64,000 nt of DNA, from assembly GCA_051530055.1 (NCBI GenBank), contig CM121341.1:930001-994000 (forward strand), read 5' to 3'. The notes beneath the pieces were generated by a model, which did no database searches, was not told the DNA's origin, and saw only the letters and a list, made by a program, of their open reading frames with translations. The stretch comes from Neoechinorhynchus agilis (taxonomy: Eukaryota; Animalia; Acanthocephala). Positions within the stretch are counted from its first letter, which is position 1, and the number at the start of each line of letters is the position of its first letter. This document shows positions 50,694-62,959 of the stretch, piece after piece. The position numbers and the translations under genes were made by a program.

Positions 50694-51696
50694 ATAATAA
50701 CTGTCCAATCTCACCAAAAGTGTTTGAAGATATACAATAAACATAATTTGTTGTTGACCTTATGCCTAGTTTCCTAATAACGAAGATAGCAAGAATTTCT
50801 ATATTGAGCAACAGTCTTTAACCTCGTCGCAATTTGCGACTTATCTTAGACAGTTTTAGTGAACCGTAGTAAGTGCTATTCACTATCGAGATAGCACTCA
50901 AGGCACAAAAATGGATATGAGCCTAAGACAAGTATTTCCCTCGTTTTAGAGGTAGTTTCTAGATTAATAGAAGAACAAAGCAGCTACCCGAACTACTTTG
51001 CTGACGATTCCCCCATTTTTTCTTGAACATCTACTATAAACATCGTACAAGTGTTTTACGATTTGCCTTATTGGCCACCTAAATCATCAAATCCATGGTG
51101 AGTATTTAGAGCGCTTATAGAACATCGATCGCTAAATGAAGCAATTCGCATTCTTACATTTTTTGTATGCTTTCGGAATTTGTAGCTCGCATTTCCACTC
51201 TTCAGGGTAGTGATTTTATAATTTGTATATTTATTTCATCGTTTTTGAATCAAGAGTAAAATAATTCATCGATGCCTTAAAATTTAATTCTTTACTTTTG
51301 AAATTCACGGCAGTTTTCCTTCACTTTCTTCTTAGAAAGAAGGTAATGAAAGTTATTGTTCTATAGAACTCATACGTTTATCGTGTTTAAATGTTAGCTG
51401 AACTCGATGAAATCGGCAACGGCATAATAAACAAGGGTTTAGAGTAGAAACCAGTTTTATCTTTGGAGATAACTTAAAAAGAAACAAATTTGAGTGTTAT
51501 TTTCAGTCTCTTTTATTCTGTTAGAAAACCTAGAGTAAACTTGAAAGTTGGCAAGAGAAAAGTTTCGCGATGAACCCCGTCGAATATTTTTGTGTAATGT
51601 TAGTTGATCGCTGCGCATACAGAGAGCCCATAAACATATCTCTACTCATTGCGCAGTGTGCGTTTTGAAACGTTGTTCAAATTGTTCGAAGTTAGG

Positions 51697-53046
51697 ATGC
51701 TTAAACGACTTCAGGTACGTACCTGCACACTATTTGCTAACCGGAACGCGAGTGCATTTTCGATCATCACCGCCAATATTCTTGTTCCTTCCTGACCTCG
51801 TTGATTGCAGGTTCGTTCTCGCAATCTTGCTTATTCCTTAATAAGTGGATTGTCACTGACTCGAAAAAAAGTGCGCAACTCAGCAACTGACAGGTTTCGC
51901 AACTACACCACCCTCGCTGCAACAACAACAACGAAGGAGGAGGAGGAGGAAGATAAACTCGACGATATAATGATGAGCACTTCGTCATTGACGGCTCTTC
52001 AACAAACGAACCAGCCATCTCTTAGTCATGGAAGTTCTGCCTTGGTCCGCCGAAGCATCTCGTCCACCGCAGCGGAACCCAGGGTCGTGGGAAGCGTAAT
52101 GCGTTGCTGTTGTAAAGGAGTGCCTAGTAGTTGCGGTAGTGATGAAGTTATATCAGCAGCAGAATCGTTTGTCTCGTCTTCGTCAAGTAAATCAACGATG
52201 TTGATAGCACGCCAACAACCAACCAATGTAAGACCGAGCCTTTTACTTAAGCGATACAAGTCGCATATATTCGGTGGTGGTGGAAACGAAGATAGCGCCG
52301 GTCGCTATGCAAATAGCAGTGTTGCCAGCTCCTCTGATGAATTTTTTGTGTCTTCAGGCAACTATAGAGCTTCTTGTCCAAACATCTATGAGAATCGAAA
52401 TAACTTTCAAGAAATGACAAGGACGTTTTCGTCTTCATGTGATGCTTTGACACTTAATCATCATCGACTCTTTGATTATCCCAGCATGAACGAGTATATA
52501 ACTGATGAAAACGAATATAGGGTCGTTCGGGATCGTAGGTTGAAGCGTGAACCGAGCTATATGGATTCTAGTGACTTTAGTGATTTATCACAGCTTGACA
52601 GGAGAAGCGATTTGCAACATTTGGACGATCGATCACGTCTGGATCTATACAGACGAAGAAGCTGCGGCGGTGGATCGGCTGGTCTTGATCGATGGTTTAG
52701 ACCGTTGTCGCACTTTCCATCCATGGCGTCCACTACTCTAAGCTACTGTAAAAGTTTACTCAGCTGAATTCGTTTCTGTATGAAAGGTGGGAATTAATCG
52801 CGCGCGAATTCATTTGAGTTGAGTAAAGGGTACACGAGTCCCAGGCTTGGATGGTGGAAAGGTTCGTCTTTATCAGGCGATGGATGCCGTACTACAATGA
52901 GTGGTGGTGGTGGTGGTGGTGGAGTCGGGCGTATAGCACGACGGATAAGCACGGTACATTGCTTGCTTTCCATCTCGACAAGACAGATCACGACTCCGCC
53001 AGGAATCAACAACAAATTCTCTGTCTCCGAAACTGATGTCTACTGA
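51697..53046 (+). CDS. Ser-rich low-complexity 5' part of an unidentified gene; downstream exons not found
   Basis: MLKRLQ exon 51697-51714 joins VRSRN through a GT-AG intron 51715-51810. The long open frame continues in the same frame after a stop-containing hairpin at 52758-52823. Confidence 0.55.
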
Positions 53047-53349
53047 TTGATGCTGATTATTATGTAGACGGGTTTTTTCCGTCATAGAATTTGATATTTT
53101 GCATATATATTTATGCATTAGAAGAACGCGATAAGTCTCAGATGTTTGGGAGTTGGGCAGAAGGGTATTATTTGTGTGCCAAGAATCCAGAAACGGCACA
53201 GATGATGCGCCAATCTACACGAAGCTCAAGGGAATGTCGCACGTGAGAGTGAGACAACAGGAGGAGCAGGTTTTAACTTCGTTTTAAAAGAACAAAATCA
53301 ATTGTAGCGCTTCTGAATTGCAAAATTGAAAAGGCAATCTTAAAAGTGT

Positions 53350-53540
53350 TTTTATATGGCGGAAAATTGAAGGAATTTATTAGGTACGATATTTCGGCGC
53401 ACAATCTTGTACGCCTTTATACAGGTTATTTGTAAGTTTTCTACTATTTAAGCTCGAAAGGCACAAGATTGTGACTCGGAAATATCGGACCTAATAAATT
53501 ACTTCAATTTTTTCATCATAAGAAAAGGTCATGAACAATT
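53350..53540. repeat. Fold-back with paired hammerhead-like arms; related copies at 25165, 57325 and 59815-59915
   Basis: GGCG(T/C)AC AAGATT GTGCGCC GAAATATC stem II plus GAAA motif in both orientations. Confidence 0.55.
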
Positions 53541-54724
53541 CAATCCTCAAAAACAATCTTTAAAGTCTTCATTCTTTCAATTTCTTTGGTTAGAGAACCA
53601 AATCGTCCTCAGCTTTCTTATGAACCAATAAACGGAGTTTCTTATATAGAGATCGCTGTATTTTGGACATGAATAATTGCATTAAGTGATTCACTGAGTA
53701 TTGGAACAGATTTCAGTTTAAGTTATTGCGTTCTTCACTTTATCTTAGGTTGCGATCAAGTCAAAATCTGTATAGTTCGATTCTCACAAACTAAACCCGT
53801 AATCGATTCCAAAATCAACCTCGGCAATGTAGCATTGATATCATAAGTTGGTGCACGATTATGAAACACACTTTTAAATCTATAAAACATCTTTTATGTA
53901 GAAATAGAGAAAAAGCACAGAGGGTTTTTGTGCTTATAGTCAATTAGAAGGACCTGAAGTGCCTGAAATATTGTTCACCATTGTAGATTTAAATATTAGG
54001 TAAGCATTTGATGGGTTATTTGGATCCTTCACGAAGGACCTCATTTGAAAATGTAATTAATATCAAACTCCTAACATTTTTGTAGATTGGAGGATAACTG
54101 AATGTGTTCCAACATTGACTTCCTCCAAATTTGCAAGTCCTGAATTCATGAATCTGTTGGAAATTCAAAGTCTTCATTTAGTAGGCAGTGCTTAGGAAAA
54201 TTACCCGGGTGAAATTGCTACCATTTGAAGCCCGTCCTTGGATCATCAAATGTTGGAATCATTTATCACGTGCTTATTGTTCTAGAAAGGTTTTGCTGCT
54301 GAATATTTGCCGAGAGGCGTATAGGGATATAAGGCTTTAGACAATTTGTATTTTCAAATATACGTACGGTAATGGAGTTTTGCACTAAGAGTTCTAAAAC
54401 TTGCGGGAAATCGATCTATTTGTGTAGATTCCATAATGGTTATCTTTTTTGGACGGCTTGTACGACGCACAAAAACGAATACCTTATCAATTTCTTGAAT
54501 TAATCTTTTTATGCAGAGTTCTTCAAGTCATTTTATGAATACGCAGCGTTATAAAGGATCACCATTTTGAACAAATTTTTTGATCTTAAGATTTAGTTTC
54601 GCGCTGATAATCTCATATGTGGCGCTTAATTGATAATAATCTGTCATCATTTTTTTAATCCTCCAGTGAAACTTAGATCTTTGCTCGATATATAATTATA
54701 TAAATTTTTTTCATCCATTATTCT

Positions 54725-55035
54725 CAATCGTACTTCACCGTCCCCAAGACGCTCGCTGCGTTTCCTCGCTGGATAGCCAAGGATATGTTCTGCACTAGGA
54801 ACGAACGAGCCCTCCTGTCATTGGTCGAGTTGATCAGTCGATGCCCCAGTTCGAAAACAAAACTCCTCGCCGCACGTCCGAAAGCTCCTAAGGTTTCCAC
54901 TACGAAGGGGACAAAATGATGAGAATTCGTAAAATCAGCGTATTTTGCAACCTTACGGAGCTCAGCAGCTGATGCGGCTCCCCCAGCCCCGGAGGATGCA
55001 TCTCGCAGATTGCTGGCTGCAAGGGAGTCGACTTG
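54725..55035 (-). mobile_element. 5'-truncated CRE-clade retrotransposon 3' end with an intact reading frame
   Basis: About 100 open codons: VDSLAASNL...AAELRKVAKY....HHFVPFVVETLGAFG...ISLAIQRGNAASVLGT, then stop. Confidence 0.85.
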
Positions 55036-55049
55036 ACAAAATACTTTAA

Positions 55050-55210
55050 AAGAAATATCGATATGTGAGGTAGCGAGGAATGTGATTGGAATTATTGTTT
55101 AGAAGTCTACACCCAGTAAATGATTATTTATTAAAGACGTTCTGCGAACCTCGTCAGAACGTCTTTAATAAATAATCATTTACCGGGTGTAGACCTGAAC
55201 AATAATTCCA
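55050..55210. mobile_element. Collapsed copy of the miniature hammerhead fold-back family
   Basis: ATCGATATGTGAGG tail; inverted GTCTACACCC..TAAAGACGTTCTG arms; ACTTTAA(A/G)AGAAAT flanks. Confidence 0.75.
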
Positions 55211-55884
55211 CTTTAAGAGAAATTACATCGGTTTGCCGAAGCTTTGTATTTTTGTATGATTAAAAACCACGATTCTTTATAGAGTATGTTTATTCTTGAA
55301 TTTATTCGTGTATGAGTTCATGTTAAATTAAGAATATATATTGTCCAACAGGAATTTGTTGCCAAAGCCTACGAAATTTAAACAATTTCTGGTGATTGTT
55401 TTTGTCAGATAAAGTCTAGACTGTCCACTAACACATTTAATAGATTTTTCTATACAACAAATTCTTGAGTTTTTCGTCAAGGATTTTTATTCAGTACTAA
55501 GATGTGCAACACTTGTGGTTTCCATACTTAAGTCCATCAGTGATATTAGTTATCAAAGACGCCTGATTTGAATTATGCTGATTAGGTTACTGTATATTTT
55601 TAGATACCGTATGTTCATTAGATGAAAAAGAAAATTGTACGCGGTGTCTCGGAGTTTATTACTAGCTGAATTTAGAAATTGTAACTTCTTTAAACCTCAG
55701 ATAATGTAAGGTCGGTGGATCGACATCAGTTAATCGTTGTCGACAACTATTTATAGAAAGATTAAGCGCCGGTAAGAACGGAATTCCACCGACTTTACAA
55801 GTTCTATGGTTTAAAAAGTTTCAATTTCTAAATTTAGTTAGTAATAAACTCTAGGACATTGCGTACAATTCTCTTTGTCGTGTA

Positions 55885-56950
55885 ATGAGTAAACGGTATC
55901 TAAAAATATTCAGCAACCCAATCAGCGTAATTACAGACGTCTTGTGTGTGACAGAGACGTTCTGGAACAAATCAATGAACGGTGAACGAGAATCAGAGAA
56001 ATGCTTTGAACGAGTTACTAAAACTCTAAAGGGCTCATTAATTGAAGTGATGAGCACACTTAAGGATGTATTAGTGGAGGCTATTCATTGCGAAACGGCA
56101 GCTTTCAAAAGTGAACAGTTGATCGATGTCAAAAAAGTGCAAAGGGAAGAAAGCTAACTGTTCTGAAAGGCAGGCAAAAGTTTCAAATGTGAATTCTAAG
56201 AAACAGACTAAAGGTTTAAAGGAGAATAAGGTTTTGGTAAATTCCATTAGCATGCCAAACTCAAGCGAAGATTTGTTGGAAACGAATGGTGTTCTAAAGA
56301 CTGCGAAGATTTCGACTATTACAAGGGACTTGGTACCGCCCTTAGAATATATTCAGCCTGGAGTACTTTATGGTTCTAATCTTTCTGTGGAGAAGTATGA
56401 TATTGTGACTGGGATAAAAGGTAGCGATAGGAAAAGCGAAAGCGATTCAGCTGAAATAATTACTATGAAAGTTACGGTCGAACAAAAGGTCCAGGGAACA
56501 CCTGAACGAGTAGAAACAAGAACAAAAGGAGGAACTCCATCAAAATCAATCAACCCTTCGATTCATTTCGGTAATGATACGCCTTCTCCACCCCGGCCAT
56601 CATCCCTCGTTGCTCTGAATTCGACCCTTCGCATCATGCACTTCTCCATCGAGGATAGAAATCGCACCATTTTTATTTCTAATATGCCGGAAGCCCCTGT
56701 TACAGATCCTGTCGCCGCTGATGCACACAACGGCCACCCAATCCTTCGAATCGGTCAACTCCTTTTCCCCGACATTCACTCCACTATTCCTCCTCCATCA
56801 ACAGTTAAGCGCATTCCCTCCAAAAATCCCTTTAACCCGAGACCACGTCTCCTCAAAGTAACTTTCATCTCAGCAGTCATTACCGCTCGATAATCCTTCG
56901 CTATTAACGAACACCCTCGAACATTTTCCTCATCCCAAAAATTCGAAGAA
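55885..56950 (+). mobile_element. LINE ORF1-like fragment
   Basis: Coiled-coil-like start, then EDRNRTIFISNMPE...RPRLLKVTF, typical of CR1/L2-type ORF1; interrupted by stops. Confidence 0.65.
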
Positions 56951-57439
56951 TGATCAACTCCTCAACTTCATTGACTATCGAGATTGCCTATTGTTATGCT
57001 TTGTGTTTGGCACAATATTTGAATTGCGTCCAATCTTGACAATAAAAATTTGTTCGTTTTCGAGCCATACGAAGGTCGAATAAGCATGCAGGCAATAATC
57101 TAGATAATCAAGTTTTGACGAACACATTAAAGTGCATTGAAGCAGTAGCCCGAATCATCCATTGGTCCCGTTTTAGTATTTGAAGTCTCCAGTGTCTAAT
57201 AGCGCGAATCGCTGCTTGATTTTCCAGGCGCATGTCTTAATTTTAACTTGACATTTGTACGACCCAGATATAGTTGATTTATTTGCCTAGATTTCGCCGT
57301 TTTAAGGCTTCAACTGGGCAATTTTGATAAACTCGTACACGATTGTGCGCCGAAATATCAGAATCAATAAATTCTTGTAATTTTTCACCGCCATACAAAA
57401 ACATGAATAGTTCAATCTTCAAATATAAATACTGAAAAG

Positions 57440-59150
57440 AAAACATTTTACGGTTTCAGGAGCCGGTGAAGTGGCAAAAAGGGGAGAAATGCCATGATAA
57501 GTCGCTTTGCATTTTAAAAATCTCTCATCGTTAGGACAACTGGTGCCGTCGGACCGGTTAACCCACCGATTCCATTGTTCCAAACACGATAGCTAAGCCC
57601 AATCGCTACAGCAAGGGTTTAGGCAACGGCGGATATTCCATCTATGCTCGAGTCGGTCGATATCAGTAAAGATGACGGGAAACGATTAAATAGTTCCGTG
57701 GGAAAGAGGAAGTCTCCTTTGGACTTCACATTCCCGAATCTTGTCCCTTAAAGTTCCAGGAGCCGGTGAAGTGGCAAAAAGGGGAGAAATGCCTTGATAA
57801 GTCGCTTTGCATTTTAAAAATCTCTCATCGTTAAGACAACTGATGCCGTCGGACCGGTTGAAAAATGACTGAACCCAGGGCCGCCAACTACTTTTTTTTA
57901 TCAAAAAATCAGCGATTCAGAAGCGGAATTCGCTTCAAATCCAAATGTTGAACGCCGTATTTAATAAAGACATTTCGGACTTCGTCGGGTTCACCATCTC
58001 AGTTTGTTTGCGGCGACGATTATTACCATTCTCTCTTGCCTGACCTTTCCGTCAACTGTATGACAACAACAAAATTGAATTTTCTTTTGTAAAATTTGCC
58101 CTCTGAGGTTGTCGCACCAAACGTCATCATCGGGCTGTCCCCTAAAGTTCCAGGAGCCGGTGAAGTGGCAAAAAGGGGAGAAATGCCTTGATAAGTCGCT
58201 TTGCATTTTAAAAATCTCTCATCGTTAACACAACTGGTGCCGTCGGACCGGTTAACCCACCGATTCCATTGTTCCAAACACGATAGCTAAGCCCAATCGC
58301 CACAGCAAGGGTTTAGGCAACGGCGGATATTCCATCTATGCTCGAGTCGGTCGATATCAGTAAAGATGACGGGAAACGATTAAATAGTTCCGTGGGAAAG
58401 AGGAAGTCTCCTTTGGACTTCACCTTCCCGAATCTTGTCCCTTAAAGTTCCAGGAGCCGGTGAAGTGGCAAAAAGGGGAGAAATGCCTTGATAAGTCGCT
58501 TTGCATTTTAAAACTCTCATCGTTAACACAACTGGTGCCGTCGGACCGGTTAACCCACCGATTCCATTGTTCCAAACACGATAGCTAAGCCCAATCGCCA
58601 CAAAGGGTTTAGGCAACGGCGGATATTCCATCTATGCTCGAGTCGGTCGATATCAGTAAAGATGACGGGAAACGATTAAATAGTTCCGTGGGAAAGAGGA
58701 AGTCTCCTTTGGACTTCACCTTCCCGAATCTTGTCCCTTAAAGTTCCAGGAGCCGGTGAAGTGGCAAAAAGGGGAGAAATGCCTTGATAAGTCGCTTTGC
58801 ATTTTAAAAATCTCTCATCGTTAAGACAACTGGTGCCGTCGGACCGGTTAACCCACCGATTCCATTGTTCCAAACACGATAGCTAAGCCCAATCGCCACA
58901 GCAAGGGTTTAGGCAACGGCGGATATTCCATCTATGCTCGAGTCGGTCGATATCAGTAAAGATGACGGGAAACGATTAAATAGTTCCGTGGGAAAGAGGA
59001 AGTCTCCTTTGGACTTCACCTTCCCGAATCTTGTCCCTTAAAGTTTCAGGAGCCGGTGAAGTGGCAAAAAGGGGAGAAATGTCTTTTTAAAAACCTCTTA
59101 TCATTAAGACAATTGGTTTGAAAAATGGTTGAACCCAGGGCCGCTAACTA
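57440..59150. repeat. ~300 bp tandem array, about five units with one alternative unit
   Basis: The GTTCCAGGAGCCGGTGAAGTGGC anchor recurs near 57456, 57755, 58147, 58446, 58743 and 59043. Confidence 0.9.
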
Positions 59151-59404
59151 TTTTGTTGAATTTTCTTATCAATGGAGACTAAAGATGTTCCTTTGTTCCC
59201 ATCGGAACCCAGGATATTTTCTAAGATGAAAAGAATAGAAATACGAATGGCTTTTATCCGACATTGCGGTTCTGAACTCAATGAGCTGTTGTGCTTTATT
59301 GAAGATTCTTCCATTTTCGTCGAAAGACTCAGAAACTCTTCATTTAATCATTATGAGAGTCCTTCGGGATGTTTGAAATTGGAGAGGTTGTGATCTTGGA
59401 TGGA

Positions 59405-59575
59405 TGTTACATTCAAAGTATAATTTTGGTGAACATACTCCCAGTCATGACCTATTTGATTTTGATTTATTGGAAATGATGAGGCAAGGTTACCTCCTTC
59501 GAAATATTTCCAATAAATCAAAATCAAATAGGTTGTGACCGGGAGTATGTTCACCAAAATTATACTTTGACTTAC
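59405..59575. mobile_element. Fold-back derived from the 3' UTR of the Penelope-like family at 22380-23700
   Basis: Arms match 22381-22440; the loop holds the hammerhead remnant TGATGAGGCAAGGTTACCTCCTTCGAAATATT. Confidence 0.7.
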
Positions 59576-60173
59576 CCAAAAGGATTTTCTCTATCGATGA
59601 TTATATTGAAATGTTTTGTGAGGAATGTTCACTAGTTATTGTTTGCAAAGAAAATTGAAATTAAGCTTGACTAATAGACGCAGCGGGGCGTCCTTGCGAA
59701 ATATTTCACTAAGACACCTCCGCCACTTGTCCATTTTCGATTAATTTTGTCGTTTGCTTGAAGATTCTAAAAAATATTATATATGAAGATTGAACTGTTC
59801 ATAAATCCGATTGTTTTCGAAGGCACAATCTTGTGCCTTCTTTTTTATCAAAGTTGCTTTTCAAAACTAACAAGGAACCTTAATAAACGCGTACAAGATT
59901 GTGCCTTCGAAAACAATCGGATTTTTAAAAATCATTTTAATTTTTCTACGCTATAAAACAAATATTAGTTTTGTAAGAGATTTTGTTGTTGAGACATTCG
60001 CAATTTCAGTCTGCGTTCGACACAGAAGGCACTATGATAAAATCAAAGATTCAAATTTTAATGTTTTACTTCCTTTAAAGTTGATTCGTTTAAAACTAAA
60101 TTTTGCGTTTCATTGTTCTCATTTCAACCAATAAATCAGTGATCGCTTCTCTCACTTTCTTACTCTCCATAAG

Positions 60174-62060
60174 ATGTTTGTGCTTAAAAGTCCCGTTTCC
60201 GGGTTTGCGTTAAACACCACGGAGCAATGGCCTCCAGCTCTCTTCATTTACAATTCTGGCGGAGGCGATTCGAACCTTTCAGTCGTAAAAAGCGATTCCT
60301 CCTTTTATGTATTCGCACCGAAACACCATTTAACAACTCACGTTCAATGCGCTTCAAGGGATGATATTCCGGACGATGTGAAAAAGCATCGATTGGATGT
60401 CAATGAACCAAGAGTAGCCGTTGGACTCAGTGATGGACGTATTTTGCTATTTGATTTTCAATCCCCGAAACCAACAAAAATCGTCATTCCAACTAAACAG
60501 CCTTTGGTCTATATTCGTTTTATTAGTCCGAACGAAATGTTTATTGTTTTCAATAACGGAACGATGTGCCGATACCGCGATGGTGAAATCACGGACTTAA
60601 AAGTAGAACCAATCGATGATCGAGTCATTTGTGCCGTTCATGTGGATCCAAGTCTCGGTTTGTTAGGATGTGAAAGTGGGCGGATTCTTCACATGTACGA
60701 ACATCAAAAGCGTCTTGGAGGTCACACGAGTCCAGTATCGATGATAAAGGCTAATGGATTTTTGGCCGTTTCTGTTGGAATTGACGATTTCTACGTGGGA
60801 GTTTGGTGTCTAAAATCATTTGATTTTAACGGTATCGCTTCAATACCACTCGCAACACATCCCATCGCCATTGACTGTATTGATTCTAGTCGACTTGTTC
60901 TCGTTATGGACGAACGAACTCTTTCTATATTTAATCTAAGTGATCTATCTACTCAAAGAGTTTTTCATCTTGAAAAACAAATGATCGATGCAGTCTTTTT
61001 GACCGATTCACGTGTCGGAATTGTAGCTGAAGATTACTCTTTTGATTCTATTGAAATTGACAAAACATCTACAATTCGCGATAAGCCCACTGAGATCGCT
61101 GCTGTCCCAGAGAAACGAGCGTATAACGAGAATCAAGGGGAAACCGTGAAGGTACGGCCGCTTACTTTTCTCGATCTGATATAGTATTTGTCTTCATTTC
61201 AAACTCCCTGATATCTTTTGCTTCGGTGGATTTCTTAAAAACACGACCAATCGCACTAATTTTTTTAGACATTTTTGATTCTCCGCAATATTTTTAACTG
61301 ATACTTTTGTGTGTTTTAATGGTTTAGGTTACTTCGTTTGTCTCTTCCGAGCTTTATCCTGCTTCAAAAAATAATTCCCCTTAATTTAACTAAGGACTGC
61401 ATCTGTGAGAAATAATACAAATCCAATCGACTTTACCGATAAAATATTGCTGCGATGCTTTTCAAATACGATCGACTAACTTACCCAGTAGATTCTAATG
61501 TTTTTCAAAGATTTTAACGGTCACATCGATGACCCCATGAGTATCTTTTCGCTAGATTTAAAACGCTGTTTCTGGTGTAAATGAAGACATTTACGATGCG
61601 ATCTGCGGATGATGAAACTTCTCTTTGTATGAATTGTCCCTCTGAGGCTGATGAAAGTCTTTTAGCTCAGGCTTTAAGAAGTACGGATCAAACTTTAATA
61701 AGGGCGGCTCTTAATGAACCTCCAGACGAACAATCTATTCGATTGTTAAACGCTGACCAGTTGGCATATTTGATAGATCAACTATGTACGCGGCTGGTCA
61801 ATGAAGGAATTCCTGGAGTCTGTATACAACAGTCATTGGCATGGCTCCGTGCTGTTGTCAAATCTGGACATGTAACCGTGAAAGCTTTATGGCGGATAAA
61901 ACGAATTTGCGACAATCGTTCAGTTCCATTGAATCGAGCAAAAAGGTTAAAGGAAAACATTTATAGCCTTTTAGAGAAGCGTAAGAAGATTTTCGAAAGT
62001 ATTGATAATGGTCGGACTCAACAGATTCCGAACATGGTCTATGTAGATCACGATGAATGA
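60174..62060 (+). CDS. WDR43: WD40 plus Utp12-domain protein, WDR43/Utp5-like, two exons
   Basis: WD motifs (VAVGLSDGRILLFD, LGGHTSPV); GT-AG intron 61152-61586 (435 nt, phase 0); C-terminal SLLAQALRSTDQTLIRAAL motif. Confidence 0.65.
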
Positions 62061-62182
62061 ACAATATAATTTTGATCGATTTGGTGGTGTAATTTAAGTG
62101 TGCTTTTGTGTGTGTTTTTCTTTTTGAAATCTACCATTGATTCCCTGATCTTGTGGAGATCCACGGAAACCCGAACGCATTT

Positions 62183-62760
62183 TTAATTCCCAATATAAGA
62201 TGGCTTACTTGTTAGATAACAGTACAAATAAAATGCGGGTGCAACGACCGCAACTCCGAGCACAATACAAACGAGATGTAGAGTCTTGATGCCTCCACTA
62301 GAATTGTTGTTGTTGTCATTGGACCTCAGTATGGCCGTTGGTGTTGTCTGGATTAGTTTCGAATTCGCCAATGTCTCATCAGCGCTTTTTAGCACACTTT
62401 GAATTTGGTCGGCGTCGTTGGTTGATGGGTTTCTTCTATCTTCAGGAATTGTCTCGGCTTGTATTATGTTCCACAAAGGACCAAATGGAATAGCTGGGAT
62501 CTTTATGGTCCGCAAAGCATGGAAATCCAAATCCGTTGTTATTCCATTCAAACGTCGAAGTTCAGTAATCTATCAAAAAAAGGGAGCTGAGATGAGCAAA
62601 TAACGATATGTAAGACGTGAAAAAAACTCACCGGTACTCGGTATCGGATAGATATACTCTGCAATGAGTCATTCTGGTAAATGGGTCGCTCAATGTACTC
62701 ACAATCAACCAACGGTATGCGATGAACTTGCTTCATTTCCATTTCCATTTTCCTACTCAT
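62183..62760 (-). CDS. LysM-domain single-pass membrane protein, LYSMD3/4-like
   Basis: GT-AG intron 62570-62631 yields DSLQSISIRYRVPITELRRLNGITTDLDFHALRTIKIP (LysM) and a C-terminal TM helix. Confidence 0.8.
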
Positions 62761-62959
62761 TCAGAAAAACTACACTGCAAACGCTTCCTACGATGTATCT
62801 AAAATGCACCGATAAACCAATAATCGATTTTACGGCGAAAAATAAGCGGAAATCATCGATTGGCTCGCCTACGTAGATTAATCGTGCTGACGTCAATGTT
62901 TCTGAAAGAATCAAGGAATCCAGGGTTTGGCGATCGACAAACTTGGGATTTATGCCATT

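Noticed and set aside
53038-53070. GTCTAC/GTAGAC mini-hairpin as another structured intron
   Set aside because: No AG at the expected distance after the stem and no convincing downstream frame.
57686-58873. Repeated short ORFs in the 300 bp array as genes
   Set aside because: They are by-products of the tandem unit, with inconsistent frames and stops.
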